A DNA stretch of 64,000 nucleotides from the IMG/VR virus record IMGVR_UViG_3300020187_001966. One strand, 5' to 3'. The position numbers and the translations under genes are program-made. Positions 29,263-37,916 of this stretch are shown piece after piece. Origin of the DNA: a virus (taxonomy: Duplodnaviria; Caudoviricetes). The notes beneath the pieces are model-generated. The model was not told the DNA's origin, searched no databases, and saw nothing but the letters and a program-made list of their open reading frames with translations. How positions within the stretch are numbered: position 1 is the stretch's first letter; each line of letters starts with the position of its first letter.

Positions 29263-29836
29263 TTCTAACCACCGCCACTAAGTGAATTCTATTGTCTGTA
29301 CTAGCATTAAATGCTGTGTGTTTATGATGCTCAGTTTGTGTTAACCACCAAGTATTTTCTGGCATGTGCAAAACTTCATCTTCAATTACCATTTGACATC
29401 CTGGATCAGTAACTAGTGGGTAGTGTATTCTATTAGTACTATCTTGATGCCAAGTTAAACATGTTTTAGGAAGACTAGTCATTAATCTAACTCTACCAAG
29501 TGTATACTGACTGCTTAACTGTTGGTATACTTTAGCAAATATAGTATTTTCAAATACCGTACATAACTGAGTAAAGTGCTTTTCTCTTAAATGTTTATCT
29601 CGCAATGGTACAGTAAAGTGTGTTATATTACCGTCTTTATCTGCTTTATCAATTGTATTATTCCAATCATATTTTAAACTAGCATCTCCATGATGATAGT
29701 TGTCGGGCTGATCAGGTGTAGTATTAATACAAATTTGTCTGTGTGTACCCCAGTCAATTTTTTCTTGTTGTAATAACTCGTTCATACAACTGAGTAAATC
29801 ATATTGCGGTAAATCTAGTGGTGTGAAATATTTCAT
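29252..29836 (-). CDS. Aspartyl/asparaginyl beta-hydroxylase-like Fe(II)/2OG oxygenase
   Basis: RVRLM..LTWHQD..RIHYPL..HTAFNAS..RIHLV. Confidence 0.75.
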   Translation of the reverse strand: MKYFTPLDLPQYDLLSCMNELLQQEKIDWGTHRQICINTTPDQPDNYHHGDASLKYDWNNTIDKADKDGNITHFTVPLRDKHLREKHFTQLCTVFENTIFAKVYQQLSSQYTLGRVRLMTSLPKTCLTWHQDSTNRIHYPLVTDPGCQMVIEDEVLHMPENTWWLTQTEHHKHTAFNASTDNRIHLVAVVRNAV

Positions 29837-30513
29837 AATTTTAATTGTTGTATAGTTTCGTAACTTTTATCTCTGTCAAAGCTAAGAAAGAATTGATATG
29901 TATTGTTGGCATAACTATGCGCATCGTGTATAATGTTTGTGTCAATTAAATACATACGCCCAGCTTCAATTTCACAGTCTGGTGCGGCTAAATCAAACAC
30001 AGTGTTGTCTACATCTCTGGGATTGCTTCTAGCACTATTACGATCAAAACGTAACTTAACCATATCTGGTCTATCTGTACCCCATAGTCGCAGTATACGT
30101 CCTTGAAGTTTGGTATCAGTATGAGGATAAAACATACTGTTATCCATCCATTTTAGTATGCAACTACGTAATATACAATCTTTAAGTGGCTCTAAAAAAT
30201 CAAATGCTCGATGAGAAAGTATTTCTGTTGGTACTTGAAAGCTATGATCCCTAACACGGTCAGCATCTGCTAGCTGTGCATTCCACTGGTCTAGCGGATA
30301 GCAAACTGGTTCTGGATTGTTATGTAACTGCCCATTGGCATTTACTAATGGTAATCCATAACGTTGATGTTCTAAATGTCTGACACCCCATGCTCTAAAC
30401 GCATGTTGGTATTCACGCATACACTCTGAAAACAAGGTCATATTTGCTTTCATGTCAAGTGGAATCAAGGGTGCAGTGTGCATTTCCAAGTACTGTTGTT
30501 CAGTTTTTGTCAT
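29833..30513 (-). CDS. Putative Fe(II)/2OG (cupin) oxygenase
   Basis: FYPHTD ... MYLIDTNIIHDA. Confidence 0.55.
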   Translation of the reverse strand: MTKTEQQYLEMHTAPLIPLDMKANMTLFSECMREYQHAFRAWGVRHLEHQRYGLPLVNANGQLHNNPEPVCYPLDQWNAQLADADRVRDHSFQVPTEILSHRAFDFLEPLKDCILRSCILKWMDNSMFYPHTDTKLQGRILRLWGTDRPDMVKLRFDRNSARSNPRDVDNTVFDLAAPDCEIEAGRMYLIDTNIIHDAHSYANNTYQFFLSFDRDKSYETIQQLKL

Positions 30514-30514
30514 A

Positions 30515-31132
30515 TTATGTTATATAAGTTACCGCTATATCTTCTTTTGGGATTGCAGGGAATGTTAAACTATTATCTGCGTGGTGTATTCTTCTAGGAA
30601 TGTCGCCTTTATGACCAACACCCATAAGCAATACAATCTCGTCTTCAGTATTTAATATTTCTTGTATCTCGTCGCCTTCAAAACATGCACAACACCCTGT
30701 GTTATACCCCATTAGACTTGAGGTTAAATTTAAATATCCTGCCGCAATGCCAGTTGCCATATGTAAATCTCTACCAACACTGGCTTCATTGTCGCCATAA
30801 CTGTCACGTTTTTTATTTAATCTATTACTTTTTTCTGTATTGTTAGTGAACACAAATAATACATTAGCAAGGGTTTGACTATTGCTAACCATTTTCTCTT
30901 CATCTCTATGATAGAACCCTTCAGTTTTCTCATGGATACGCTCAATTGTGTCTCTGTCAGTAATAGTATATACATTATAGAAGGCGGCGTTTTGCTTACT
31001 AGGACAATTTGTAATAGCATGCACCATTGTTTGTAAATCCTCTTGTGGGATTTCTTTTTCTAAATTCCAATTACGTTGGCAATGTTGCGATCTAATTACA
31101 GCTTTTTTAATGCTTGATTCAGTTAATTCCAT
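30515..31132 (-). CDS. Nitroreductase-fold flavoprotein #1
   Basis: RSQHCQRNW, NCPSKQN, ATGIAAGYLNLTSSLMGYNTGCC, LLMGVG. Confidence 0.75.
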   Translation of the reverse strand: MELTESSIKKAVIRSQHCQRNWNLEKEIPQEDLQTMVHAITNCPSKQNAAFYNVYTITDRDTIERIHEKTEGFYHRDEEKMVSNSQTLANVLFVFTNNTEKSNRLNKKRDSYGDNEASVGRDLHMATGIAAGYLNLTSSLMGYNTGCCACFEGDEIQEILNTEDEIVLLMGVGHKGDIPRRIHHADNSLTFPAIPKEDIAVTYIT

Positions 31133-31155
31133 ACTAAATTCTCCTATATATATTA

Positions 31156-31163
31156 TATTTATA
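31156..31163 (-). promoter_or_regulatory. T4-type late promoter TATAAATA
   Basis: Exact consensus 23 nt upstream of ATG 31132, followed by an AGGAG RBS. Confidence 0.75.
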
Positions 31164-32271
31164 GTTTACGTTTGGGAATTTTGCTATCAGCACTGCTTAC
31201 ACAATTATCGCTAATACAAGGCATGGGCTTATCAAACAGTTTAAATCCTGTTTCAATATTACCCAATGGTACATCAGCACAGCTATAACTACGCTTTACA
31301 CTGCCATCTGGTTCACGTATAATAATACCTTGATAGCCAGCATTACAACTCCAGCCTTTAAACTTATTAAAATTAAATGCATTAAAACGTTCTGCTTGAT
31401 CCATGTACCATTTTTTGCCAGTTGAATCTTTAAATTCAATCTGCATGTGCCAGGGCACACTTTTATCATTATCACCTATTGTATACGGCGGCAGTTCGAA
31501 ACTAGGCCTTGGACGATCTGCCCACTTGCGTTTTTCCTCAGTATACGCCATTTGCGGCATGCCGTTCCACAATCGCTGTAACATCTCGTCCGTATAACCT
31601 TCCACGACTCTTGACGCCGTTGGATCGCTTTGTGGCTTGAGTGTGACGTTGATTCCTTGCTCGTGGAAGAACAAGGCATTTTCCCAATCCCTTTCGAACC
31701 ATTCCGGAACCATAACCATATTGATGGTAACCTGTACATCATGCTCCTGACATAATATGAGCTTGTCTGCAAACTCTTGTAGCTTGTCAAGTGTATTTAA
31801 GTGTTCTGTGTGTAAACTAGCGGTTATACTAGCTCTATGGAAAGGTTTTACCCGTTCTACATAGTCTTCGAACCATCGCATATTGCGACTACAGTTTGAT
31901 GTCATATGCACAGAGGTATAATTAGTGTTAGTAACATCATCAGCCAAATGACGCAAAATATCCAGATATCCTGGATGAAAAGTAGGCTCACCGCCAGACA
32001 GACTAAAATGAAAGCTATTAAAACCATTGCCACGTGCTTGTCTCTTTATCTCATCAATTGTGCTAAGACATAGCTCTGTTGGTCTATGATCTTTTCTATC
32101 TGAACGTGCGTAAGGCCAACAGTAACTACATCTGTAATTACAAAATCTACCAAGTAGCCAACTGACAGTAAATAAGTCACGATACAGCAGAGTACGCTGA
32201 CCAACACTAACAAGGTCGTCAAAGGGTATTTTAGTAAAGTCATATTCACTCCATTTTAAATCGTCAGTCAT
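31159..32271 (-). CDS. Radical SAM enzyme with C-terminal SPASM/twitch-like domain
   Basis: CNYRCSYC, SGGEP, C-terminal WSCNAG..SC..C..C. Confidence 0.88.
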   Translation of the reverse strand: MTDDLKWSEYDFTKIPFDDLVSVGQRTLLYRDLFTVSWLLGRFCNYRCSYCWPYARSDRKDHRPTELCLSTIDEIKRQARGNGFNSFHFSLSGGEPTFHPGYLDILRHLADDVTNTNYTSVHMTSNCSRNMRWFEDYVERVKPFHRASITASLHTEHLNTLDKLQEFADKLILCQEHDVQVTINMVMVPEWFERDWENALFFHEQGINVTLKPQSDPTASRVVEGYTDEMLQRLWNGMPQMAYTEEKRKWADRPRPSFELPPYTIGDNDKSVPWHMQIEFKDSTGKKWYMDQAERFNAFNFNKFKGWSCNAGYQGIIIREPDGSVKRSYSCADVPLGNIETGFKLFDKPMPCISDNCVSSADSKIPKRKL

Positions 32272-32542
32272 TTAATGTCTTTCTGGAACACTGCATTGTA
32301 CATATAGGAACAGGACTAGTTGTTGACCAACTGTCTTCAATATATTTTTCCCATAAGTCCATTATACTATAAGGATTGTTATTTGTCAAAAACAAAAGGT
32401 CATAATCATCGCCTAATTTTTCACGTAGATAATCAATACTTTCACGATGTGTGGCTAGCCAACAGCATGGTAAAAACATTCCGTTTATTTCAATATGGTA
32501 ATTAACGTCAGTCGTTTGACATTTTGGATCAATATTACTCAC
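32264..32542 (-). CDS. Stand-alone SPASM/twitch-like Fe-S domain
   Basis: PKC..FLPCCW..PICTMQC; GTG start with AAAGGTGG RBS; start moved from 32587. Confidence 0.65.
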   Translation of the reverse strand: MSNIDPKCQTTDVNYHIEINGMFLPCCWLATHRESIDYLREKLGDDYDLLFLTNNNPYSIMDLWEKYIEDSWSTTSPVPICTMQCSRKTLND

Positions 32543-33209
32543 GATGTCCACCTTTCTCTGTAAACAACACCTCAAAATCTGTGCCACGATATGATGGTTC
32601 TAGATGTGGATTTTCTTCAACAATAGGATATTTTACTCTAATTACATCAAAGCCTAGTTGTCTACTTTGGTCAATAATTTTAAGAATGTTGTTTTCGTTA
32701 TAACTGAATACTAAAAGTTTTTGTACTACTAATGGTCTTGTTTTAGGTGGCATACTGACAAGTGTCTGAACTCCCAACTGTCTGCTCCGAGCATCGTTAT
32801 TAACACGATACTGGTCGTCTTCTAATAGACCGTCAATACTAAACAATATTTGGTCCAGTGGTTGTAGTACTGCTCCTAACTGACGCCAAAAGTCAGCATC
32901 TTTGTAACTTCCGTTTGTATGAATATAGATAGGCACATCAGTAACAGTTTTAATATAAGCGATAAACTCTATTAGATCAGGATAGTATATTGGATCTCCC
33001 CAATTACCACAAAATAGTATTGATTGGTATGATAAATCTTTAATAACTCCACGATATTGATGCCAATCAATTTGTCGTTGCTCTTTAATATCACGCCATA
33101 ATGTATTAATCGTAGGATTGCTCATTGTACGTACACACTCTGGACAAGACAGAGTGCATTTACTTGTCAGACCAAAATGTAAATAGCTAATATCTTTACT
33201 AAAGGGCAT
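32535..33209 (-). CDS. Radical SAM core domain (split from its SPASM domain)
   Basis: CTLSCPEC, CGNWGDP, HTNGS, FSIDG; start moved from 33239. Confidence 0.85.
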   Translation of the reverse strand: MPFSKDISYLHFGLTSKCTLSCPECVRTMSNPTINTLWRDIKEQRQIDWHQYRGVIKDLSYQSILFCGNWGDPIYYPDLIEFIAYIKTVTDVPIYIHTNGSYKDADFWRQLGAVLQPLDQILFSIDGLLEDDQYRVNNDARSRQLGVQTLVSMPPKTRPLVVQKLLVFSYNENNILKIIDQSRQLGFDVIRVKYPIVEENPHLEPSYRGTDFEVLFTEKGGHRE

Positions 33210-33756
33210 ACCAATAGGCATCCTGTACAGGGTCAACACTTAATTCATTTATATTAATATGTGCTGGTTGATCTATTATCCATTTAATGTAATCTGCGGC
33301 TGTATCAATCGCCATACATCGTCTATCAGGGTGTTTATGTTCATTATTACTAAGTGTACCAAAACTAATGTAGCTTACTTTGGGCATACGACTCCATACA
33401 CCTCCAATGCTAAGTGTATTACTGTAATCACGTAGTGCTTTCTTTTCAGCGTTGTATAACCAGGCCTTGCCGTTCTTAACACGGTCCGTGGTACTACCAA
33501 TGACTACTATATGTGCTAGTTTCTTGGCATCCTTTAGGCTCTTGTACACTGTATCTAGTAGCACAGTTTGTTGAAACTGCCATAGTGCGCTGTTAACTAT
33601 AATAACATCATGATTGAGTGCTTCAGCGGCAAATGCGTCTCTTCCTGATCTTTCTACCAAGTCATGTCCGGTACTTCTACTCATAAAAGTGGCATCTGGA
33701 TATAACTGGGATAACGATTGCGCTATCCCTTGTGTAGGATTACCTGATATTAGCAT
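33199..33756 (-). CDS. Short-chain dehydrogenase/reductase-like protein
   Basis: Rossmann-like start, IVNSA, IGST, YNAEK (YxxxK). Confidence 0.65.
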   Translation of the reverse strand: MLISGNPTQGIAQSLSQLYPDATFMSRSTGHDLVERSGRDAFAAEALNHDVIIVNSALWQFQQTVLLDTVYKSLKDAKKLAHIVVIGSTTDRVKNGKAWLYNAEKKALRDYSNTLSIGGVWSRMPKVSYISFGTLSNNEHKHPDRRCMAIDTAADYIKWIIDQPAHININELSVDPVQDAYWYAL

Positions 33757-34858
33757 TTATTATCTCCCATGCTTGTTTATTTACACTAGTAAAATCTGTT
33801 TTTTGATGTCGATCCATAATATTAATATAATCACGAGTTGTGGTTAACTGATTATCAATCGTAATGTCTGCTGTTAGTATGCGGTCTAACTCCGTGTTAC
33901 CAGTTACAAATTGTTCTCTAACTGATAATGGTAATTGATATATACTTAAATGTTTTGGAAACGTTAATTCACTAAACGAAACTTTTATATTGTAACGTTT
34001 AAGATAATCTTGTAATGTCCATAACTTATTAAAATTAAGTATACTTACTGTACAACTGGCGTAAAGATTAATGTCGGTTTCAGCAAAACGTCGAATGTTA
34101 CTGTCAATTGTATTCCAACTTATTCCAAACCTGGTGGTCTCTGCTAGCTCATGAGTGCCATCTAAACTAAATGATATAACACTGTTTGGAAAGTATTTTA
34201 ATTGTTGTATAACTTTTTCATCTGGGTATACACTACCGTTTGTTGTAATATTTAAAAATAGTTTATTAGGGGTCTGTACTTCTTGGTGTAGTTTATCTAT
34301 AAACCAACTTAAATGTTTAGCATAAAAAGGTTCGCCACCTTCTATTTTTATATGTCTGGCTTGACTTAAATCAGTATTACCCAACACCACTCGCATACGT
34401 TCTTGGTAATTACGGTAATTATTGGCTGGGTCATAATTAATACCAGCCGCATCTAACTCCGCCAACAAGCTGGAGTTATTCCATTTACTACTAGCACCAG
34501 GGTTACATATTTGGCATCTCATGTTACAGGTATAATCCAGTGCTATTTCTAAATCTTGTATAGTGGCTGGTTGGAATAAATTATGCTGTCCATAAAACTT
34601 ATTTGACCAAACTCTTCGACTTTCAGCACCACCTTGTTCTGCTAACTGACACATCTGACATCCACTGGGCCATTGCCCATGGTTAAGGTTACGTTTTATA
34701 TTATGATAAGGTGGTGTTTGATGTAACCCGTCTAAACTATCTATGTCAAATATAGTAGGCAAGTCTACAGGGTCTGAAAACTTACAACAAGGACGGACGG
34801 TGCCACCACTATCAACAACGCTAACGCCTACTTGGCTATGTACACAAAAATTAGTCAT
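33740..34858 (-). CDS. Radical SAM enzyme with N-terminal twitch-like domain
   Basis: FC..VRPCC, CQMC, CNMRCQIC, GGEP. Confidence 0.88.
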   Translation of the reverse strand: MTNFCVHSQVGVSVVDSGGTVRPCCKFSDPVDLPTIFDIDSLDGLHQTPPYHNIKRNLNHGQWPSGCQMCQLAEQGGAESRRVWSNKFYGQHNLFQPATIQDLEIALDYTCNMRCQICNPGASSKWNNSSLLAELDAAGINYDPANNYRNYQERMRVVLGNTDLSQARHIKIEGGEPFYAKHLSWFIDKLHQEVQTPNKLFLNITTNGSVYPDEKVIQQLKYFPNSVISFSLDGTHELAETTRFGISWNTIDSNIRRFAETDINLYASCTVSILNFNKLWTLQDYLKRYNIKVSFSELTFPKHLSIYQLPLSVREQFVTGNTELDRILTADITIDNQLTTTRDYINIMDRHQKTDFTSVNKQAWEIINANIR

Positions 34859-35979
34859 AATAATTTACTTAAATCTTGATTTTTTATCTGTTGTTTGTCT
34901 AGTATAAAATCTGTAACAGTTGTATGACTAAAACCAGTACCTATTCTATCATGCATACTTTGCAAGTATTGTTCAAATCTTTTAGCATTTTGTAACTTTG
35001 TATGTTGGTTATGGTATCTAGCATAAACTTCTTGTGCTCTTACTATATGTTTTCGATAATCGGTATCTAAGTTCTTTATATCAATTACACTGGGTATGGT
35101 GATATAACTTCCATGCCAACTAAATGACTTATCAGGTGCAACAGTTAACATTGTTTCATGCACCCATTCAATATAATCAGCTAGTCCTCTTATACTAAGT
35201 GCATTAGTAGTAGGTGCTAGTGTAATACTTTCGACTTCTGGTGTGGTTGCATACGTAATAAAATTAGTTTTAAATCTTTCCCAATCTAGTCCATACCTTG
35301 ACAACTCTGCATCAGTACCAAATGTTTCATTACTAATAGCAATATTCCAAGGTTTGCCACTGCCACGTATAGTTTTTAATAATCGTTCCATCATAGGTGC
35401 TTTTGTATTACAATTTGTACAGATTTCAAACTGCGCATCAACAGGCAATGTGTTTATATACTCTACCATTGGAGCGAAACGTTTACTAGCAGTTGGTTCA
35501 CCACCTAAAAAATTAAATACTATACTACCACTAAGTGTTGATACCCAACGTTTAAATGTTTCAAAGTCACGCTCAGTACCGTCATCACGTATAGGCACAC
35601 CTTCTTCTTGAGCTATTTGACTACTAGCATCTGCGGCACAGTATAAACAGCTCTGGTCACATATAGTATCAAGTGTTACGTCAATATAAGTTGTGTGTGG
35701 ATCACGAGTTACTGTACTAAAGTCTTGCCACGTATTTTGTTGTGAACGATAACTGGGTATGCCAGCGTTTTCACTTTCCCAACAGTGTGTACAATCTGGG
35801 TGTTGTTCACCAGACAGTGTGCTAGATCTTCTTTGCTGTATTTGAGGACTGTTATTAAAAAAATCTATGTCGTATTCATCAGGCATTGGGTATGCCTTGG
35901 ACCTACAACAGTTTCTTATTAATCTATTTGCAAAATCTATGTTTACATCAGTCCAGCTTTTGCTGCATGCTGTTTTCAT
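34855..35979 (-). CDS. Radical SAM enzyme with N-terminal twitch-like domain
   Basis: CSKSW..NCC, CTHCW, CDQSCLYC, GGEP; start moved from 36012, which lies inside a terminator hairpin. Confidence 0.85.
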   Translation of the reverse strand: MKTACSKSWTDVNIDFANRLIRNCCRSKAYPMPDEYDIDFFNNSPQIQQRRSSTLSGEQHPDCTHCWESENAGIPSYRSQQNTWQDFSTVTRDPHTTYIDVTLDTICDQSCLYCAADASSQIAQEEGVPIRDDGTERDFETFKRWVSTLSGSIVFNFLGGEPTASKRFAPMVEYINTLPVDAQFEICTNCNTKAPMMERLLKTIRGSGKPWNIAISNETFGTDAELSRYGLDWERFKTNFITYATTPEVESITLAPTTNALSIRGLADYIEWVHETMLTVAPDKSFSWHGSYITIPSVIDIKNLDTDYRKHIVRAQEVYARYHNQHTKLQNAKRFEQYLQSMHDRIGTGFSHTTVTDFILDKQQIKNQDLSKLL

Positions 35980-35984
35980 AATAT

Positions 35985-35992
35985 TACTTATA
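35985..35992 (-). promoter_or_regulatory. Late-promoter variant TATAAGTA
   Basis: 1 mismatch to TATAAATA, just after a terminator and 5 nt before ATG 35979. Confidence 0.55.
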
Positions 35993-35998
35993 CTCGTG

Positions 35999-36024
35999 AA
36001 AACAGCCGCCATAACGGCGACTGT
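35999..36024 (-). terminator. Intrinsic terminator after nitroreductase #2
   Basis: ACAGTCGCC-GTTAT-GGCGGCTGT stem (1 G:U) followed by TTT on the - strand. Confidence 0.65.
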
Positions 36025-36042
36025 GTTCTAGTTCTTTAGCTG

Positions 36043-36675
36043 TTAAATGCGATTAACAGCAATATCTTCTTTTTTGTTTGTTGGAAACATAAATCCAGTT
36101 TCGTGATGTAAACGTCTGTTACGTGTTGAGTCTTTAATACCCACACCTTGTAACATTGCTGGACGGTTTTTAAGTCCTAGTACGTCACGAATGGCATCCA
36201 TTTTACCACACTGACAACAACCAGTACTATATCCAAGAATACTTGCTGTTAAGTTAATATATCCACCTGCAATACCAATTGCTGTCGATACATCTCTCTT
36301 AAATACTTCACGGTCAGCAGCATCTTTTTGCTCCCATCGTGCACGACTTTTATCTGTTAAGTCTTCAATTTCGTTTGGCTCAAATACAAATAAGACATTT
36401 GCTAGTACTTGACTGTTTGTACTCTCAATTTGGTTATTGTCTTTGTCATAAGTGTGTGTGCCTGTTGCCAAAGCATGTACTTGTTCAATAAGTGAACGAT
36501 CAGTAATGACGTGTAACTTATAAAAAGCAACATTTTGCTTACTTGGGCAGTTTGTTGCAGCATGTACTAGTGTATCAATATCAGCTTCAGGAATACTTTG
36601 ATCTAAATCAAAGTTTCTTTGACAATGTTGACTGCGTATAACTGCTTTTTTAATATCTACGGTTGTTAATTCCAT
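36043..36675 (-). CDS. Nitroreductase-fold flavoprotein #2
   Basis: RSQHCQRNF, NCPSKQN, TAIGIAGGYINLTASILGYSTGCC; close paralog of 30515. Confidence 0.75.
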   Translation of the reverse strand: MELTTVDIKKAVIRSQHCQRNFDLDQSIPEADIDTLVHAATNCPSKQNVAFYKLHVITDRSLIEQVHALATGTHTYDKDNNQIESTNSQVLANVLFVFEPNEIEDLTDKSRARWEQKDAADREVFKRDVSTAIGIAGGYINLTASILGYSTGCCQCGKMDAIRDVLGLKNRPAMLQGVGIKDSTRNRRLHHETGFMFPTNKKEDIAVNRI

Positions 36676-36702
36676 TGATGTTTTCCTCCTATACGATATA
36701 TG

Positions 36703-36710
36703 TATTTATA
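36703..36710 (-). promoter_or_regulatory. T4-type late promoter TATAAATA
   Basis: Exact consensus 27 nt upstream of ATG 36675; AGGAGG RBS. Confidence 0.75.
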
Positions 36711-36713
36711 CAA

Positions 36714-37916
36714 TTAACCAATAAGTTTATTGTTATAAACATAATCAGCAATTCTTGGTAGTTTTTTCTCACCAGTTTTAAAATAAAGTTGATCTTGCAA
36801 ACGTACAATTGTTTTAAATAGTTCAGCGTCAGCAGTTTGTGGTGTTTGCATGTACTTTATAATAGGATTATCAGGGCCATGCAATTCAGTTAAAAAGCTC
36901 TTGACATTATCTGGTAAATTTGCTATATCTAAACCTGCAGGATAGTGTACAAATGTGGCATCAGTATGAGCTGAAATGCCCATGGCTTGTATTTGGTCTA
37001 CTAATTTGTTTAAGTCGTGAAACGTCTCACTGGCGTAGAATGCATGGTAAGCGGTACTGGTACACACCAAGTATACACCAAGTATATTGCTACTTGCACT
37101 GAGTATTTTAAACAAGTTATCAACAACCTGATCGTAATCGCCACCTTGCCTAAAATAATTAAACAGTTCATGTGTGCCATCCATACTAACTGTTAAGTCT
37201 ACTCCACCAAAGTGGTTCCACAACTCACTTAGTTTATAACTCTTAAACTCTATCATACTCATGTTTGTGTTGTATGCAATAGTAAGTTTACTAGTATCAA
37301 TGTCTGGCTCACTGATAAGTCTCTCTAAAAAGCGATAATGTCCTATATGATATAATGGTTCACCACCACTAAATGTAATCCTTTTAACACCCTGAATTAT
37401 ATTTTGTATAATGTCTTCCAAATGTTCAGCGGTTATTGTTTGTATTGGTGAGTCAGCAGGTCCAATATGATCAAAGCCTGCACGTAACAACATTTCATGT
37501 GTTTCAGTATTTTTCTTGCCTAGTTGTTCAAACTGACTATTACTATCTGCCATACAGTGTCTACAAAAATAATTACAAGTACGACTAAATTTAAGTTCTA
37601 AATCTAGTATACCTGTTGAAACTGGAGTAGTATAGTCTATTGAACTGTCGTCCCAGTGTTTGTTATTGAGACTTTTTTGTCTATAACTTTTTACACCGTT
37701 TTCTTCTTTGTATTGGCAGTCTTCACATCCAGCTGGAAACTCGCCATTAATTAAGCTATTGCGCACTGCTAGCATATTTGGATGATTAACTGCTTCGCTT
37801 GGCAGTGTATCACGCATACTAGCAATAGGCTGACGTTTAACTTTGTATCTAAAGCAAGGTGCGTATTCTCCTTGAAGAAAGTCTAAATGACTCCAAGCAT
37901 ACTTACATTTCAGCAT
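36714..37916 (-). CDS. Radical SAM enzyme with N-terminal twitch-like domain
   Basis: CKYAW..APC, CEDC, CNYFCRHC, SGGEP. Confidence 0.88.
   Translation of the reverse strand: MLKCKYAWSHLDFLQGEYAPCFRYKVKRQPIASMRDTLPSEAVNHPNMLAVRNSLINGEFPAGCEDCQYKEENGVKSYRQKSLNNKHWDDSSIDYTTPVSTGILDLELKFSRTCNYFCRHCMADSNSQFEQLGKKNTETHEMLLRAGFDHIGPADSPIQTITAEHLEDIIQNIIQGVKRITFSGGEPLYHIGHYRFLERLISEPDIDTSKLTIAYNTNMSMIEFKSYKLSELWNHFGGVDLTVSMDGTHELFNYFRQGGDYDQVVDNLFKILSASSNILGVYLVCTSTAYHAFYASETFHDLNKLVDQIQAMGISAHTDATFVHYPAGLDIANLPDNVKSFLTELHGPDNPIIKYMQTPQTADAELFKTIVRLQDQLYFKTGEKKLPRIADYVYNNKLIG

Noticed and set aside
35980-36012. ORF-track start (MAAVF...) for the radical SAM gene at 34855
   Set aside because: That ATG lies inside a terminator stem. 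ATG 35979 follows a late-type box and matches the paralogs' N-termini.
30515-36675. Calling the nitroreductases BluB (cobalamin lower-ligand synthase) because B12 enzymes are nearby
   Set aside because: Only generic nitroreductase motifs are visible, and nothing BluB-specific can be confirmed by eye.
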